Part shown: one piece after another, positions 7,268 through 16,065 of the stretch
Numbering within the stretch: the stretch's first letter is position 1
How the letters are laid out: every line of letters starts with the position of its first letter
Source: an uncultured archaeon
GTDB lineage: Archaea; Iainarchaeota; Iainarchaeia; Iainarchaeales; CSSED10-239
DNA: 32,000 nt
Assembly (NCBI GenBank): GCA_964496765.1
Contig: CAZCAP010000001.1
Coordinates: 83,814 to 115,813 of the forward strand
Direction of reading: 5' to 3'
Position numbers and translations under genes: made by a program
The notes under the pieces: generated by a model
Told to the model about the DNA's origin: nothing
Databases searched by the model: none
The model's input: the letters and a program-made list of their open reading frames with translations, nothing else

Positions 7268-8308
7268 TCAAAACCATTTATTTATTGTTCTTTGTTTATC
7301 TTTTTCTTCTCTTGCTTTAATATATTCATCAAGTTGATTCTTTATTCTATCACTTGAGAATCCAGCCTTATTAATTAATATATTTTCAATCTCTTCTCTT
7401 GAAAAACTACCTTTCTTTATTTCAGGAGAAGGAGTTATATTTGGATTTCTAAATATTTTTTCTATTTCTTTATAATTAAATGGAATGTCTTTTCCTTTTT
7501 CTTTCAGATATTCATCTATCTCTTCAAAGGAACTATATTTTTGTACTAACTTATAAGCAGTTTGTGGACCTATACCCTGTACCTTTTCATTAAAATCAGT
7601 CCCTATTAGGATTGATAACCACAATAATTTATCATAGGTTAGATTAAGTTTAGTGTATATACAATCAGCATGAATAATCTCTGGGCTAACATCAACATAT
7701 ACATTTTTATGTGGTATTTTTTTCTTTCCAGAAACAGCAACGTTCTTTAGAAGATGGGGTGAACCAAAGAGAATACAATCATAATCTTGTGAAATAGTAT
7801 AATCAAGCAAATTATTATTTGTTAGATAAGATATTTGAGCTTCTGCTTCTCCAGGAGCATCAATATAGGACAACCCCATTGCAAGAATCAGCTCCTTTGC
7901 TTCATTAATTATCTTAGAATCAATGGTTGCTGCTTGACGAGCAAACTTATTCATGTCCTGTAAATTGCCTTCATCATATGCTTTTTGATAATTTTCTTTT
8001 GCGACTTCTCTTTTTCCTCGTCTATAATCTTTTGTTTGTTTTTTAAGCTCATGACTAACTCCATCAAAAACAAAAGTTATGTGTGGAGTATACTTTGAAA
8101 TGTTCATAAACCTATAGAATAAACCAGAATAATGACTTGTTATCTCTCCTCTTTCATTCTTAAGAGGCTCACCATCAATCCCTCTAATGGTTGTAACAAA
8201 TTGAAATAAAACATTATAGGCATCAAAACCTAGTCTCTTATTTTTAAGATTATTTAAATCAAACTTAGTTTTACAGGAATCAATAAGTCCAGAAAATGCA
8301 ATACCCAT
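7268..8308 (-). CDS. fen: Flap endonuclease 1 (FEN-1)
   Basis: The start is taken at the internal MGIAFSGLI, since the track ORF begins 16 codons upstream. Motifs are DAPGEAEAQISYL and SQDYDCILFG, an H3TH region (GIGPQTAYKL) and a C-terminal PCNA-interaction box QRTINKWF. Confidence 0.92.
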   Translation of the reverse strand: MGIAFSGLIDSCKTKFDLNNLKNKRLGFDAYNVLFQFVTTIRGIDGEPLKNERGEITSHYSGLFYRFMNISKYTPHITFVFDGVSHELKKQTKDYRRGKREVAKENYQKAYDEGNLQDMNKFARQAATIDSKIINEAKELILAMGLSYIDAPGEAEAQISYLTNNNLLDYTISQDYDCILFGSPHLLKNVAVSGKKKIPHKNVYVDVSPEIIHADCIYTKLNLTYDKLLWLSILIGTDFNEKVQGIGPQTAYKLVQKYSSFEEIDEYLKEKGKDIPFNYKEIEKIFRNPNITPSPEIKKGSFSREEIENILINKAGFSSDRIKNQLDEYIKAREEKDKQRTINKWF

Positions 8309-8386
8309 AAATTCTTCTCCTAACATAATTGGATACAGAAAAGCATTTAAAAACATGCTTATTATATATTATATATAAACAAATCT

Positions 8387-8458
8387 GCATCTATAGTACA
8401 GTGGTTAGTATGAGAGCCCTCCAAGCTTTAGACTCGAGTTCGAATCTCGATAGATGCA
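8387..8458 (+). tRNA. tRNA-Gly (anticodon UCC)
   Basis: GCATCTATAGTACAGTGGTTAGTATGAGAGCCCTCCAAGCTTTAGACTCGAGTTCGAATCTCGATAGATGCA. The acceptor stem is GCATCTA/TAGATGC, the anticodon loop is CCTCCAA and the T-arm is TCGAGTTCGAATCTCGA. Confidence 0.93.
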
Positions 8459-8515
8459 CTCTCAAATTTATATATTATAAGAAATTTATTTTTTTCTTAA
8501 AAAAGGTTTAAAGGT

Positions 8516-9742
8516 ATGAGGCTCAGATTTGCTAAATTTGGAAAAATAAGAGAAAACATTAAATCAACTAGTTCTAGAAAAATAAATAACACATCAACTA
8601 AAGAAAGAATTGCTAATAACACAAGCTTCAGTAGAAAATTAACTTCAACTAGCAATCTATCTATTAAGAAAAAAATACTTGCTGCACAAAAATTAGCAAA
8701 AACATTACCTTCATTAAAACAAAAGGAGCCAGCTAAACCATCTATTAAAAAAAAAATCAAACAAATTAGTAGGCCCCCACTAGTAAATGAACATATATCA
8801 AAAACTAAAATTAATCCAATTAATAATTTACACGATCTAATTTCTCAAAAGAAACAATTGATTCATAATCACATTGAATGGATATGGACTGAATATAATA
8901 AAAAAAGGTTAGCCAAAGATAAAAGAATAAGCACAACGATAATTTATGAAACACTAAAAGCAAAAGAACTATTGAAAGAAACAGAACCTCTTGAGATAAA
9001 AGTAACTAGTCATTATGATGTAGAAATAGAAGAACTAAAGAAAGAATTAAAAGAATATGAGGAAAACCCTGAACGGATTGTATTTAAAATTAAAAAAGAA
9101 GAAGCAAAAATAAGGGACCTTGATGAGAAAATTAAAAAAATAAACCTTCAATCTATTATTGATGAACGTAACATCTTACATAATGAGCTTACGGTACTCT
9201 CAAAGTTAAACCAAGAACACCATCATCTAAGAGATGAATTTACTAAACAAAAATATGTTCGTGATGGAAAATTGAACGTAATTGCATTACTAAAGGAAAA
9301 GTTAGATTCAATCTGTAAAGAACATAAAGTAACAGGAAGGTTAAAGATAGCATTAAACTCTTTGGTTGATAATTATACAGTTAAATATTTTAAACAAGAT
9401 ATAATTAATCACATGAAATATAGAAATCAAAGAATAGATGAACTAGACCTAAAATATTCACAAAAGGAACATGAACTTAAACCATTACTTTTTGAGAAAG
9501 AAAATATTGAAAAAAATATCAATTATCAAAAGAAACATTTACCCGTTCATCAAAGAATTGTAAAAAAATATGAGATAAGAAGAGAAATAGATGATCTTGA
9601 AGGATTAAGAAGAAGAGAAATAAACCAAATAAAGGTTGAAAAAACAAATGAACAAATCTATTCTCAAAAATTAGATCAAGCAAGAAAATTAGCCAAAATT
9701 GAAAATAGATTATATAAACTTATTAATTATATTAAAAAATAG
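8516..9742 (+). CDS. Lys/Glu-rich coiled-coil orphan protein
   Basis: 408-aa ORF. It has a basic, S/T/N-rich N-terminal ~90 aa followed by long heptad-like K/E/L/I-rich stretches. I saw no catalytic motif. Confidence 0.6.
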   Translation: MRLRFAKFGKIRENIKSTSSRKINNTSTKERIANNTSFSRKLTSTSNLSIKKKILAAQKLAKTLPSLKQKEPAKPSIKKKIKQISRPPLVNEHISKTKINPINNLHDLISQKKQLIHNHIEWIWTEYNKKRLAKDKRISTTIIYETLKAKELLKETEPLEIKVTSHYDVEIEELKKELKEYEENPERIVFKIKKEEAKIRDLDEKIKKINLQSIIDERNILHNELTVLSKLNQEHHHLRDEFTKQKYVRDGKLNVIALLKEKLDSICKEHKVTGRLKIALNSLVDNYTVKYFKQDIINHMKYRNQRIDELDLKYSQKEHELKPLLFEKENIEKNINYQKKHLPVHQRIVKKYEIRREIDDLEGLRRREINQIKVEKTNEQIYSQKLDQARKLAKIENRLYKLINYIKK

Positions 9743-9752
9743 AGGAATTAAT

Positions 9753-10154
9753 ATGAAAGATTGTATATTTTGTAAAATTAAGAAAGAAAAGGTTCCTTGT
9801 CACAAAGTTTATGAGGACAAGGATTTTATTGCTTTCCTGGACATCAATCCAATTGCAAAAGGGCATACTCTAGTTATTCCAAAGAAGCATTTCACAAACG
9901 TTCTTGATGCTGATGATAAATTACTTAAAAAATTACTTCCAGTGATTAAAAAGATAATGTTGAACCACAAAGAAAAACTTAATTGTGATGGATTCAATAT
10001 CCTAAATGCAAATGAAAAAGCAGGCCAACAATCAGTATTCCATCTCCACTTCCATATCATTCCAAGATTTAATGATGATGGGTATAACACATGGCCAATA
10101 ACAGGATATGAAAACGAAGATCTTACAGAATTATCTGAAAAATTAAAATTGTGA
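9753..10154 (+). CDS. HIT-family nucleotide hydrolase/transferase (canonical histidine triad)
   Basis: The start is taken at MKDCIFCKI (ATG 9753), which is preceded by AGAGGA. The track ORF starts 18 codons earlier, inside the previous gene. Canonical HLHFHIIPR triad. Confidence 0.9.
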   Translation: MKDCIFCKIKKEKVPCHKVYEDKDFIAFLDINPIAKGHTLVIPKKHFTNVLDADDKLLKKLLPVIKKIMLNHKEKLNCDGFNILNANEKAGQQSVFHLHFHIIPRFNDDGYNTWPITGYENEDLTELSEKLKL

Positions 10155-10160
10155 GAAGCT

Positions 10161-10790
10161 ATGCCAATAAACAGAAGAAGTGTACTTTTAAATGAATTAA
10201 AAAGAATAAAACCAAAAACAAATAATGGAAAACACGTATATGATCTTGATAAAAGACATCTAGTTCTTGATTACAAACACTCACCTTCTAATCCCATAGG
10301 TAAACCAATATCTCTTAATAGTTTGTCCGCAATTAAAGAAGGATACAAAAGATTAATTCAAATACAAAAACAAAAAAATAAGCAACTTATCTTAGACATG
10401 GAAACTGCAAACAAGCTGCTTAGAGAGGAAGGAATACCAACAACTAGAGAGAAACCAAGAGAGTACAATCAAGCTATTAGAGAAAAATTAGTGAAATCAA
10501 TATCAGAACATGCAGAACATGAACAAAAAGAATTAAATATAAAAATTAAACAAATTCTTGATAAAACAAAAAGCTCAAGACAATTATTGGAACAATATAA
10601 CAGGCTCCAGGATATTTTAATCTCCAAAATAAACTCTCAATTTAGAACTAGGGGTAAATTAATAGACCCAAGAGGAGAGATATTTAAAAGAAATGCACTT
10701 AGAGAGATTACAACAATTTTAGAAAACACAAACCCAAACAATATACCTACTGCTCTTAATCGTATACAATTAATTATTATTAATTGGTAA
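10161..10790 (+). CDS. Orphan basic/helical protein
   Basis: 209-aa ORF starting MPINRRSV. It is tightly packed between HIT and the Memo-AMMECR1 gene and weakly resembles ORF 16066-16854 around NPIGKPISLNSLS versus NRKGKSLSIENLT. Confidence 0.6.
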   Translation: MPINRRSVLLNELKRIKPKTNNGKHVYDLDKRHLVLDYKHSPSNPIGKPISLNSLSAIKEGYKRLIQIQKQKNKQLILDMETANKLLREEGIPTTREKPREYNQAIREKLVKSISEHAEHEQKELNIKIKQILDKTKSSRQLLEQYNRLQDILISKINSQFRTRGKLIDPRGEIFKRNALREITTILENTNPNNIPTALNRIQLIIINW

Positions 10791-10793
10791 TAA

Positions 10794-12194
10794 ATGAATA
10801 AAAAGAATACAATAATAATTACATGTGTTTTTTTAATATTAACAGTCTATGGATTTACTATGAATGAACAAAAAAATAAATTTGGAAAAGATGTATTCCA
10901 AGCTCAAGTTGCTGGACATTTCTATCCAGGAACAAGCAAGAACATAATAAAAGACCTAGATTCTTTCTTTAATAAAGCAGAAATGAATTATTCTGGAGAA
11001 GAAGTCTTTGCTCTTATTACTCCACATGCTGGCTACGATTATTCTGGACAAACAGCAATGGATGCATATAAAAAACTTTATTTTTCTCTTATTTTATCTA
11101 ATAAAAATAATTATAATGTAATTGTTATTGGTCCTGCCCACAGGCTCTATTTTAAAGGAATTTCAACTCTTTCTTCCTCTGAGTATCAAACACCTCTTGG
11201 TAAAGTAAAGCTTGATAACACAGAATTAAAAAAATACACTAATGATTCTGCATTCAAAGATGAGCATTCAATAGAAGTGCAAATTCCTTTTCTACAATAC
11301 ATATTTAATAAAGCAAATAAAAATCTTACAATCACTCCAATTCTATTGGGGGATATAAATAAATCAGAAACCATTAAGATAGTAAGTGAACTAATAGATG
11401 AAAACACAATAATCATTGTCTCATCTGATCTTTCTCATTTTAATAAAGATAAAATTGCAAGAGAGATTGATAAAATTTGTATAAATAATATTTTATCTGG
11501 AGAAGAAGATATTGATGCCTGCGGAGAAGCAGGAATAAATATATTAAACGAACTTGTAGCGAAAGACAAGAACATTAAAAAAGAATTTATTAATTATTCA
11601 AACTCTGGAGACGTCACTGGAGATAAAAATTCTGTTGTTGGGTATGCTTCCTTTTCCTATTATTATGCATCCAGTGAAAATATATTAATTAAGCTTGCAA
11701 GAAAAGCAATATATGATAAACTATCTAATCAAAAAACAAACAAAGAAGAAATAAAAGAAATTATTCCAAAGGAATACCTAGAAACAAAAGGTGTGTTTGT
11801 AACTCTTACAATAAATAATAGACTACGAGGTTGTATTGGGAATATTATAGGAACCAGTCCTATCTATGAAGGGGTAATTGATAATGCAAAAAATTCAGCA
11901 TTCTCTGATCCAAGATTTAATCAACTAACAAATAAAGAGCTTGAGAAAACTGATATTGAGGTTTCTATTCTTTCTGTCCCATCTCCTTGTTCCCTCAGAG
12001 ATATTAAAAAGAATGATGGGGTAATTCTAGAAAAAGGATCTAATTCAGCAATTTATTTACCACAGGTTTGGGATCAGCTACCAAGCAAGGATGAATTTCT
12101 TGGAACGCTTTGTGAAAAAGCAGGTTTAGAATGGGATTGCTACAATGATTCAAAAACAATTTTCAAGAAGTTTAATGTGGAGATAATTAAATGA
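10794..12194 (+). CDS. AmmeMemoRadiSam system fusion protein: Memo-like (component B) N-terminal half plus AMMECR1 (component A) C-terminal half
   Basis: The Memo part has QVAGHFYPG, ITPHAGYDYSG and HSIEVQIPFLQ. The AMMECR1 part has GVFVTLTINNRLRGCIGNI and DPRFNQL. The N-terminal 22 aa are hydrophobic (IIITCVFLILTVYGF), and an alternative start exists at M23 (10860). Confidence 0.88.
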   Translation: MNKKNTIIITCVFLILTVYGFTMNEQKNKFGKDVFQAQVAGHFYPGTSKNIIKDLDSFFNKAEMNYSGEEVFALITPHAGYDYSGQTAMDAYKKLYFSLILSNKNNYNVIVIGPAHRLYFKGISTLSSSEYQTPLGKVKLDNTELKKYTNDSAFKDEHSIEVQIPFLQYIFNKANKNLTITPILLGDINKSETIKIVSELIDENTIIIVSSDLSHFNKDKIAREIDKICINNILSGEEDIDACGEAGINILNELVAKDKNIKKEFINYSNSGDVTGDKNSVVGYASFSYYYASSENILIKLARKAIYDKLSNQKTNKEEIKEIIPKEYLETKGVFVTLTINNRLRGCIGNIIGTSPIYEGVIDNAKNSAFSDPRFNQLTNKELEKTDIEVSILSVPSPCSLRDIKKNDGVILEKGSNSAIYLPQVWDQLPSKDEFLGTLCEKAGLEWDCYNDSKTIFKKFNVEIIK

Positions 12195-13060
12195 AAGAAG
12201 CTCTCTTTTATAAAAAACTCAAAGATAAAAAAGTTCAATGTATTGCCTGTAATAGGTTTTGTGTTATTCCCATTGAAGAGACTGGTTTTTGTAGGGTTAG
12301 GAAAAATATAAATGGTATTCTTTATTCTCTGGTTTATGGTAAACCTGTTGCAATAAATGTGGATCCAATAGAGAAAAAACCTATTTATGATTTTCTTCCA
12401 GGAACAAAGACTTTAAGCTTTGGCACCCTTGGATGTAACTTTGATTGTTCATTCTGTCAAAATTATAATATCTCTAATGCTAAAGAAGAAAAAGAAATAA
12501 ACAAGATTTGCAACACATCTCCAAAAAAAATTGTTTCTCTTGCGCTCGAAAATAATTGTCCAAGCATATCATACACCTATACTGAACCAACTATCTTTAT
12601 AGAATATGCTCTTGAAACAATGAAACTTGCAAACGAAAATGGGCTAAAGAATATTTGGGTAACAAATGGGTACATGTCAAGTGATGTTGCAAAAGAAATA
12701 ACTAAATATTTAGATGCAATAAACATAGATATTAAAGGGGATAGTGAATTCTATAAAAAGCTAATTAATGAAACCGATGTTAACCTAGTTCTTAAAAATA
12801 TAAAATTCTTTAAGGAGAATAATGTACACGTTGAGGTTACAAACCTTCTAATTGAAAGAGAGAACACAAGACCTGAACAAATTGAATGGATATGCAAAGA
12901 GATTGCAAAAATATCAAAGGATATTCCAATTCATTTTTCAAGAAGCTTTCCTCACTATAGAATGCGAAAAATAACTCCTACCAGGATAGATACTTTAAAA
13001 CTTGCAGAAAAAATTGCAAAAAAAGAAGGACTAAAGAAAGTATATCTTGGAAATATTTAA
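12191..13060 (+). CDS. AmmeMemoRadiSam system radical SAM enzyme
   Basis: The cluster motif is GCNFDCSFCQN (C-x3-C-x2-C), with an N-terminal Cys cluster CIACNRFC...C. Its start overlaps the upstream stop by 4 nt (ATGA). Confidence 0.88.
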   Translation: MKEALFYKKLKDKKVQCIACNRFCVIPIEETGFCRVRKNINGILYSLVYGKPVAINVDPIEKKPIYDFLPGTKTLSFGTLGCNFDCSFCQNYNISNAKEEKEINKICNTSPKKIVSLALENNCPSISYTYTEPTIFIEYALETMKLANENGLKNIWVTNGYMSSDVAKEITKYLDAINIDIKGDSEFYKKLINETDVNLVLKNIKFFKENNVHVEVTNLLIERENTRPEQIEWICKEIAKISKDIPIHFSRSFPHYRMRKITPTRIDTLKLAEKIAKKEGLKKVYLGNI

Positions 13061-13061
13061 T

Positions 13062-14450
13062 TTACAGAAAATAAGGCAAGATATTTAATATTAATAATAG
13101 AACAATTAATGCTCCAAAGAATTTTGCAACTCTCTTCATTCTTTTTCTTTGATTATGTTTCTTATTTAAATAATCAGAGAAGATTATCTGTGACATTCCA
13201 CCACCATCGAATGGGAATGAAGGAAGATAATTAACTGTAGCAATTATGAAATTCAATAAAGCAGACCACAACAGAACACCAAAGATTGCTTTATACACAT
13301 AATATTTAAATGGGATTTGGAGATCAGGATCAGGAAGAACTCCACTAGTAAATCCAAGTCTACCCATCTCATTTGCTCTTAAAACAACCATTTTTTGTTC
13401 TCCTGTGGTTGGATTCTTAATTATAAAATTATTATCTACGTTTAATTTAACCGCAGAATTCAAAGAATTTTGCGTAACAATTATTTTATTGTTAACTGCA
13501 TAAATAATATCATTCACATCTAAAACTCCATAGGCTGGAGAAGGGAATACACTTCCACAAATATCTGTATTTTGATCAACAGCATAAACATAAACTGAAT
13601 CCATCTTACTAGTCCCTATTGATTGAGAATAGTTTGTCATTACTGGAGTAAAAGCTAAAAACAATAAAAAGAAAACAATTGCTAGAATTACATTACTCAT
13701 TGGACCAGCAGAATACATTCTTGCAATATCTCTTTTATTCTTTTTTTCAATATCTTTTTCATCTGGCTCAACAAATGCACCAAGTGGAAGAAGAGCAGCA
13801 AACATAAAACCCATTGATTTTAGTTTTACTTTCATTTTTCTTAATAGCACACCATGAGAAACTTCATGAACTATTGCAGCAATTATTAAAATTATCCATC
13901 CATACCATGGAATAAATATATCTACCTTTGGCATTTGTACACCAGGAATAACTAATCCAACTCCTGGACAAGCACTTCCTCCCTGACCCACAGCCACCTT
14001 TGCAAGTATATCATAGGCAGAGAATAGGAGTGAACCAAGAGTAAACCCAGCAAGCCCCATGATTCCAGTTAATACAACAATTCCCATTGCAAACCATTCA
14101 GGAATAAGTACACTTGAAAATAACATTTTTTGGGTTAAAATATAGGTTAGATAAGATAAAACCAAACCAGATCCAATAAAAATTAATAAACGTTGATATA
14201 TACTTTTTACTTTATCACGAATAATATAGTCTAAACCAAAAGCACCAAAACCAATAACAATACCAATATCTGTTATTATATTCAAAAATTTAGTTGGTTT
14301 TGCTAGTTTGTCTAAATACTTGATTAATCTCTTTGTTCTTACCATTATAAGAAAACCAAGATATAAATCTAGTTTTAATAATTTTTTTGCAATTATTGCA
14401 AAAACGCCAATAATTAGGATCACTAATAAAATCCATAAAACTACAATCAT
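13062..14450 (-). CDS. Site-2 protease family (M50) intramembrane metalloprotease with a PDZ-like insert
   Basis: HEVSHGVL (HExxH) sits in a membrane segment, and the second motif is NYLPSFPFDGG (NxxPxxxxDG). The protein is polytopic. Confidence 0.85.
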   Translation of the reverse strand: MIVVLWILLVILIIGVFAIIAKKLLKLDLYLGFLIMVRTKRLIKYLDKLAKPTKFLNIITDIGIVIGFGAFGLDYIIRDKVKSIYQRLLIFIGSGLVLSYLTYILTQKMLFSSVLIPEWFAMGIVVLTGIMGLAGFTLGSLLFSAYDILAKVAVGQGGSACPGVGLVIPGVQMPKVDIFIPWYGWIILIIAAIVHEVSHGVLLRKMKVKLKSMGFMFAALLPLGAFVEPDEKDIEKKNKRDIARMYSAGPMSNVILAIVFFLLFLAFTPVMTNYSQSIGTSKMDSVYVYAVDQNTDICGSVFPSPAYGVLDVNDIIYAVNNKIIVTQNSLNSAVKLNVDNNFIIKNPTTGEQKMVVLRANEMGRLGFTSGVLPDPDLQIPFKYYVYKAIFGVLLWSALLNFIIATVNYLPSFPFDGGGMSQIIFSDYLNKKHNQRKRMKRVAKFFGALIVLLLILNILPYFL

Positions 14451-14539
14451 GTTCTTCTAGCTCGTTTTGTTTTGTGTTACTTTTAGCCTAAATCTTGTTT
14501 ATATTAATTAAGCTATTATTTATAAATGGGTTTGTTTAC

Positions 14540-16015
14540 TTAAATTATTCCAAATAATAATAAAATTCCAAGTATAAATAAGATAATACCTGCAATTAAA
14601 TGAAAGTATTTGATGTTTCTTTGCTTCCATTCTCCAACTTTCTGTACTTCGGTCACTCCAAAGTAAATAATAAAAGTAATTGCAAGCATTGGAAGAATAA
14701 AAATCACATTGTATAACAGTAGTATTGGTAAGGCAGATAATAAACTACCATAGGATAGGAGATTACCAAGAATCACATAGGGTCCAATGGTACATGGAAT
14801 CAAAAATACTGATACGAAAATACCAACAATGAACGCACCAGCTGGTGAAGTTACTTTTGATATTAGTCTTTGAACCCTTGATCTAAAAGACATGGGCATT
14901 TCGGTTCCAATTGTTCCTGGTCTATAATTAAAATAATCCTTTAATTGCATAATAGCAAGGAATAAGGCAAATAAAGCAATTACCTTATAGATGACTGTAC
15001 GAATAATATCCACGCCTGGTATTAATTTAAATATATTAACTAAAAACAAACCATAAATAAAATAAAGTACAAAGATAGCAAGAGAAAATGCGAGCCCAGA
15101 ATATAGTACCTTTCTTCTTTTACCTACATTGGTTGTCATTATTGTTAACAATAATAAGATTAGAACCGCAAATTCACAAGGATTAACAGCATCAACCAAT
15201 GCTAAAGAAACAACAGTCCACAGAGACACTTTTTTTTGAGAAGTATTAATTTGTGAAATTCCATTACAATTTGAATCTGAATTAACATCAACAATAATCT
15301 CCTGTGATTGGCAAACTTCTGAAATGGTTGTAGTCCCATTCCAATAAAAATTATAACCATTAAGCTCAACAGCATTATCAAAATCTATCTTTCCATAGGA
15401 TATTTCTATACTTGTATTAAGTAACATCTTATGATTATTATTACGAATAACTGAATCCACATCAGAACTAGTTAATAATTGATATAAGTCTTCGTTTGAA
15501 ATAGTTGATTGCCCAGTTTTAAATAGAGCTCTGTCTTTATACCAGATAGTTGGAAGCCCAGAAAGATTATTTATTTTAAGATTAGAGAATGAATTAACAT
15601 CTCCTTCAGAATAAATACTAACGGGAAGTGGATAAATATTATTCACGTTATTTGTTTTTAAGTATTCGTCAAACTGGGATGTAATTTCTTCAAAAAAGAA
15701 AACATTTTCTTTATCCAAGATAAGTTGAGGAACATTATAATTAGAATTATAGCCACCTGTTACATAGGGGATGATCTGTTGACCATTAACCTGCTTATCT
15801 CCCACTTCATATTCTATAACAAGTATATTTTCATTTCTAACGGTATCACCAAACAAGATAGGATCAACCTTTGCACAATGAGGGCATCCTAATTTAGTAA
15901 AGTAAACCGCACAAATAGGTTCTGTTGAAGGGGTATCTGCAAAAAGAAAACCACTAAACATACTTAAAAATAAAATAATTGAAATAAAAACAATAATTTT
16001 ATTTTTTGAAATCAT
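14540..16015 (-). CDS. Secreted thioredoxin-like (CPHC) domain fused to a CcdA/DsbD-type thiol-disulfide transporter membrane domain
   Basis: A signal-like N-terminus is followed by YFTKLGCPHCAKV. The C-terminal polytopic region has DAVNPCEF and LIPCTIGPY, the paired Cys motifs of CcdA/DsbD. A middle segment of about 200 aa is unassigned. Confidence 0.75.
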   Translation of the reverse strand: MISKNKIIVFISIILFLSMFSGFLFADTPSTEPICAVYFTKLGCPHCAKVDPILFGDTVRNENILVIEYEVGDKQVNGQQIIPYVTGGYNSNYNVPQLILDKENVFFFEEITSQFDEYLKTNNVNNIYPLPVSIYSEGDVNSFSNLKINNLSGLPTIWYKDRALFKTGQSTISNEDLYQLLTSSDVDSVIRNNNHKMLLNTSIEISYGKIDFDNAVELNGYNFYWNGTTTISEVCQSQEIIVDVNSDSNCNGISQINTSQKKVSLWTVVSLALVDAVNPCEFAVLILLLLTIMTTNVGKRRKVLYSGLAFSLAIFVLYFIYGLFLVNIFKLIPGVDIIRTVIYKVIALFALFLAIMQLKDYFNYRPGTIGTEMPMSFRSRVQRLISKVTSPAGAFIVGIFVSVFLIPCTIGPYVILGNLLSYGSLLSALPILLLYNVIFILPMLAITFIIYFGVTEVQKVGEWKQRNIKYFHLIAGIILFILGILLLFGII

Positions 16016-16065
16016 AATTTATCAGGTCAGGTTCATATTCTTAAAATTAGAATTAATCTCATATA

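Noticed and set aside
8309-8356. N-terminal extensions of track ORFs: FEN1 to 8356, dhs to 20561, HIT to 9699 and RidA to 30975
   Set aside because: Family-typical N-termini begin at internal Met codons (MGIAFSGL, MQYTKDLF, MKDCIFCKI, MIRKNIIY). The extensions overlap upstream genes, promoter DNA or a tRNA fragment.
8329-8511. Track ORF 8329-8511 (+), 60 aa
   Set aside because: It spans the whole tRNA-Gly gene and the FEN1 promoter region, so it is not coding.
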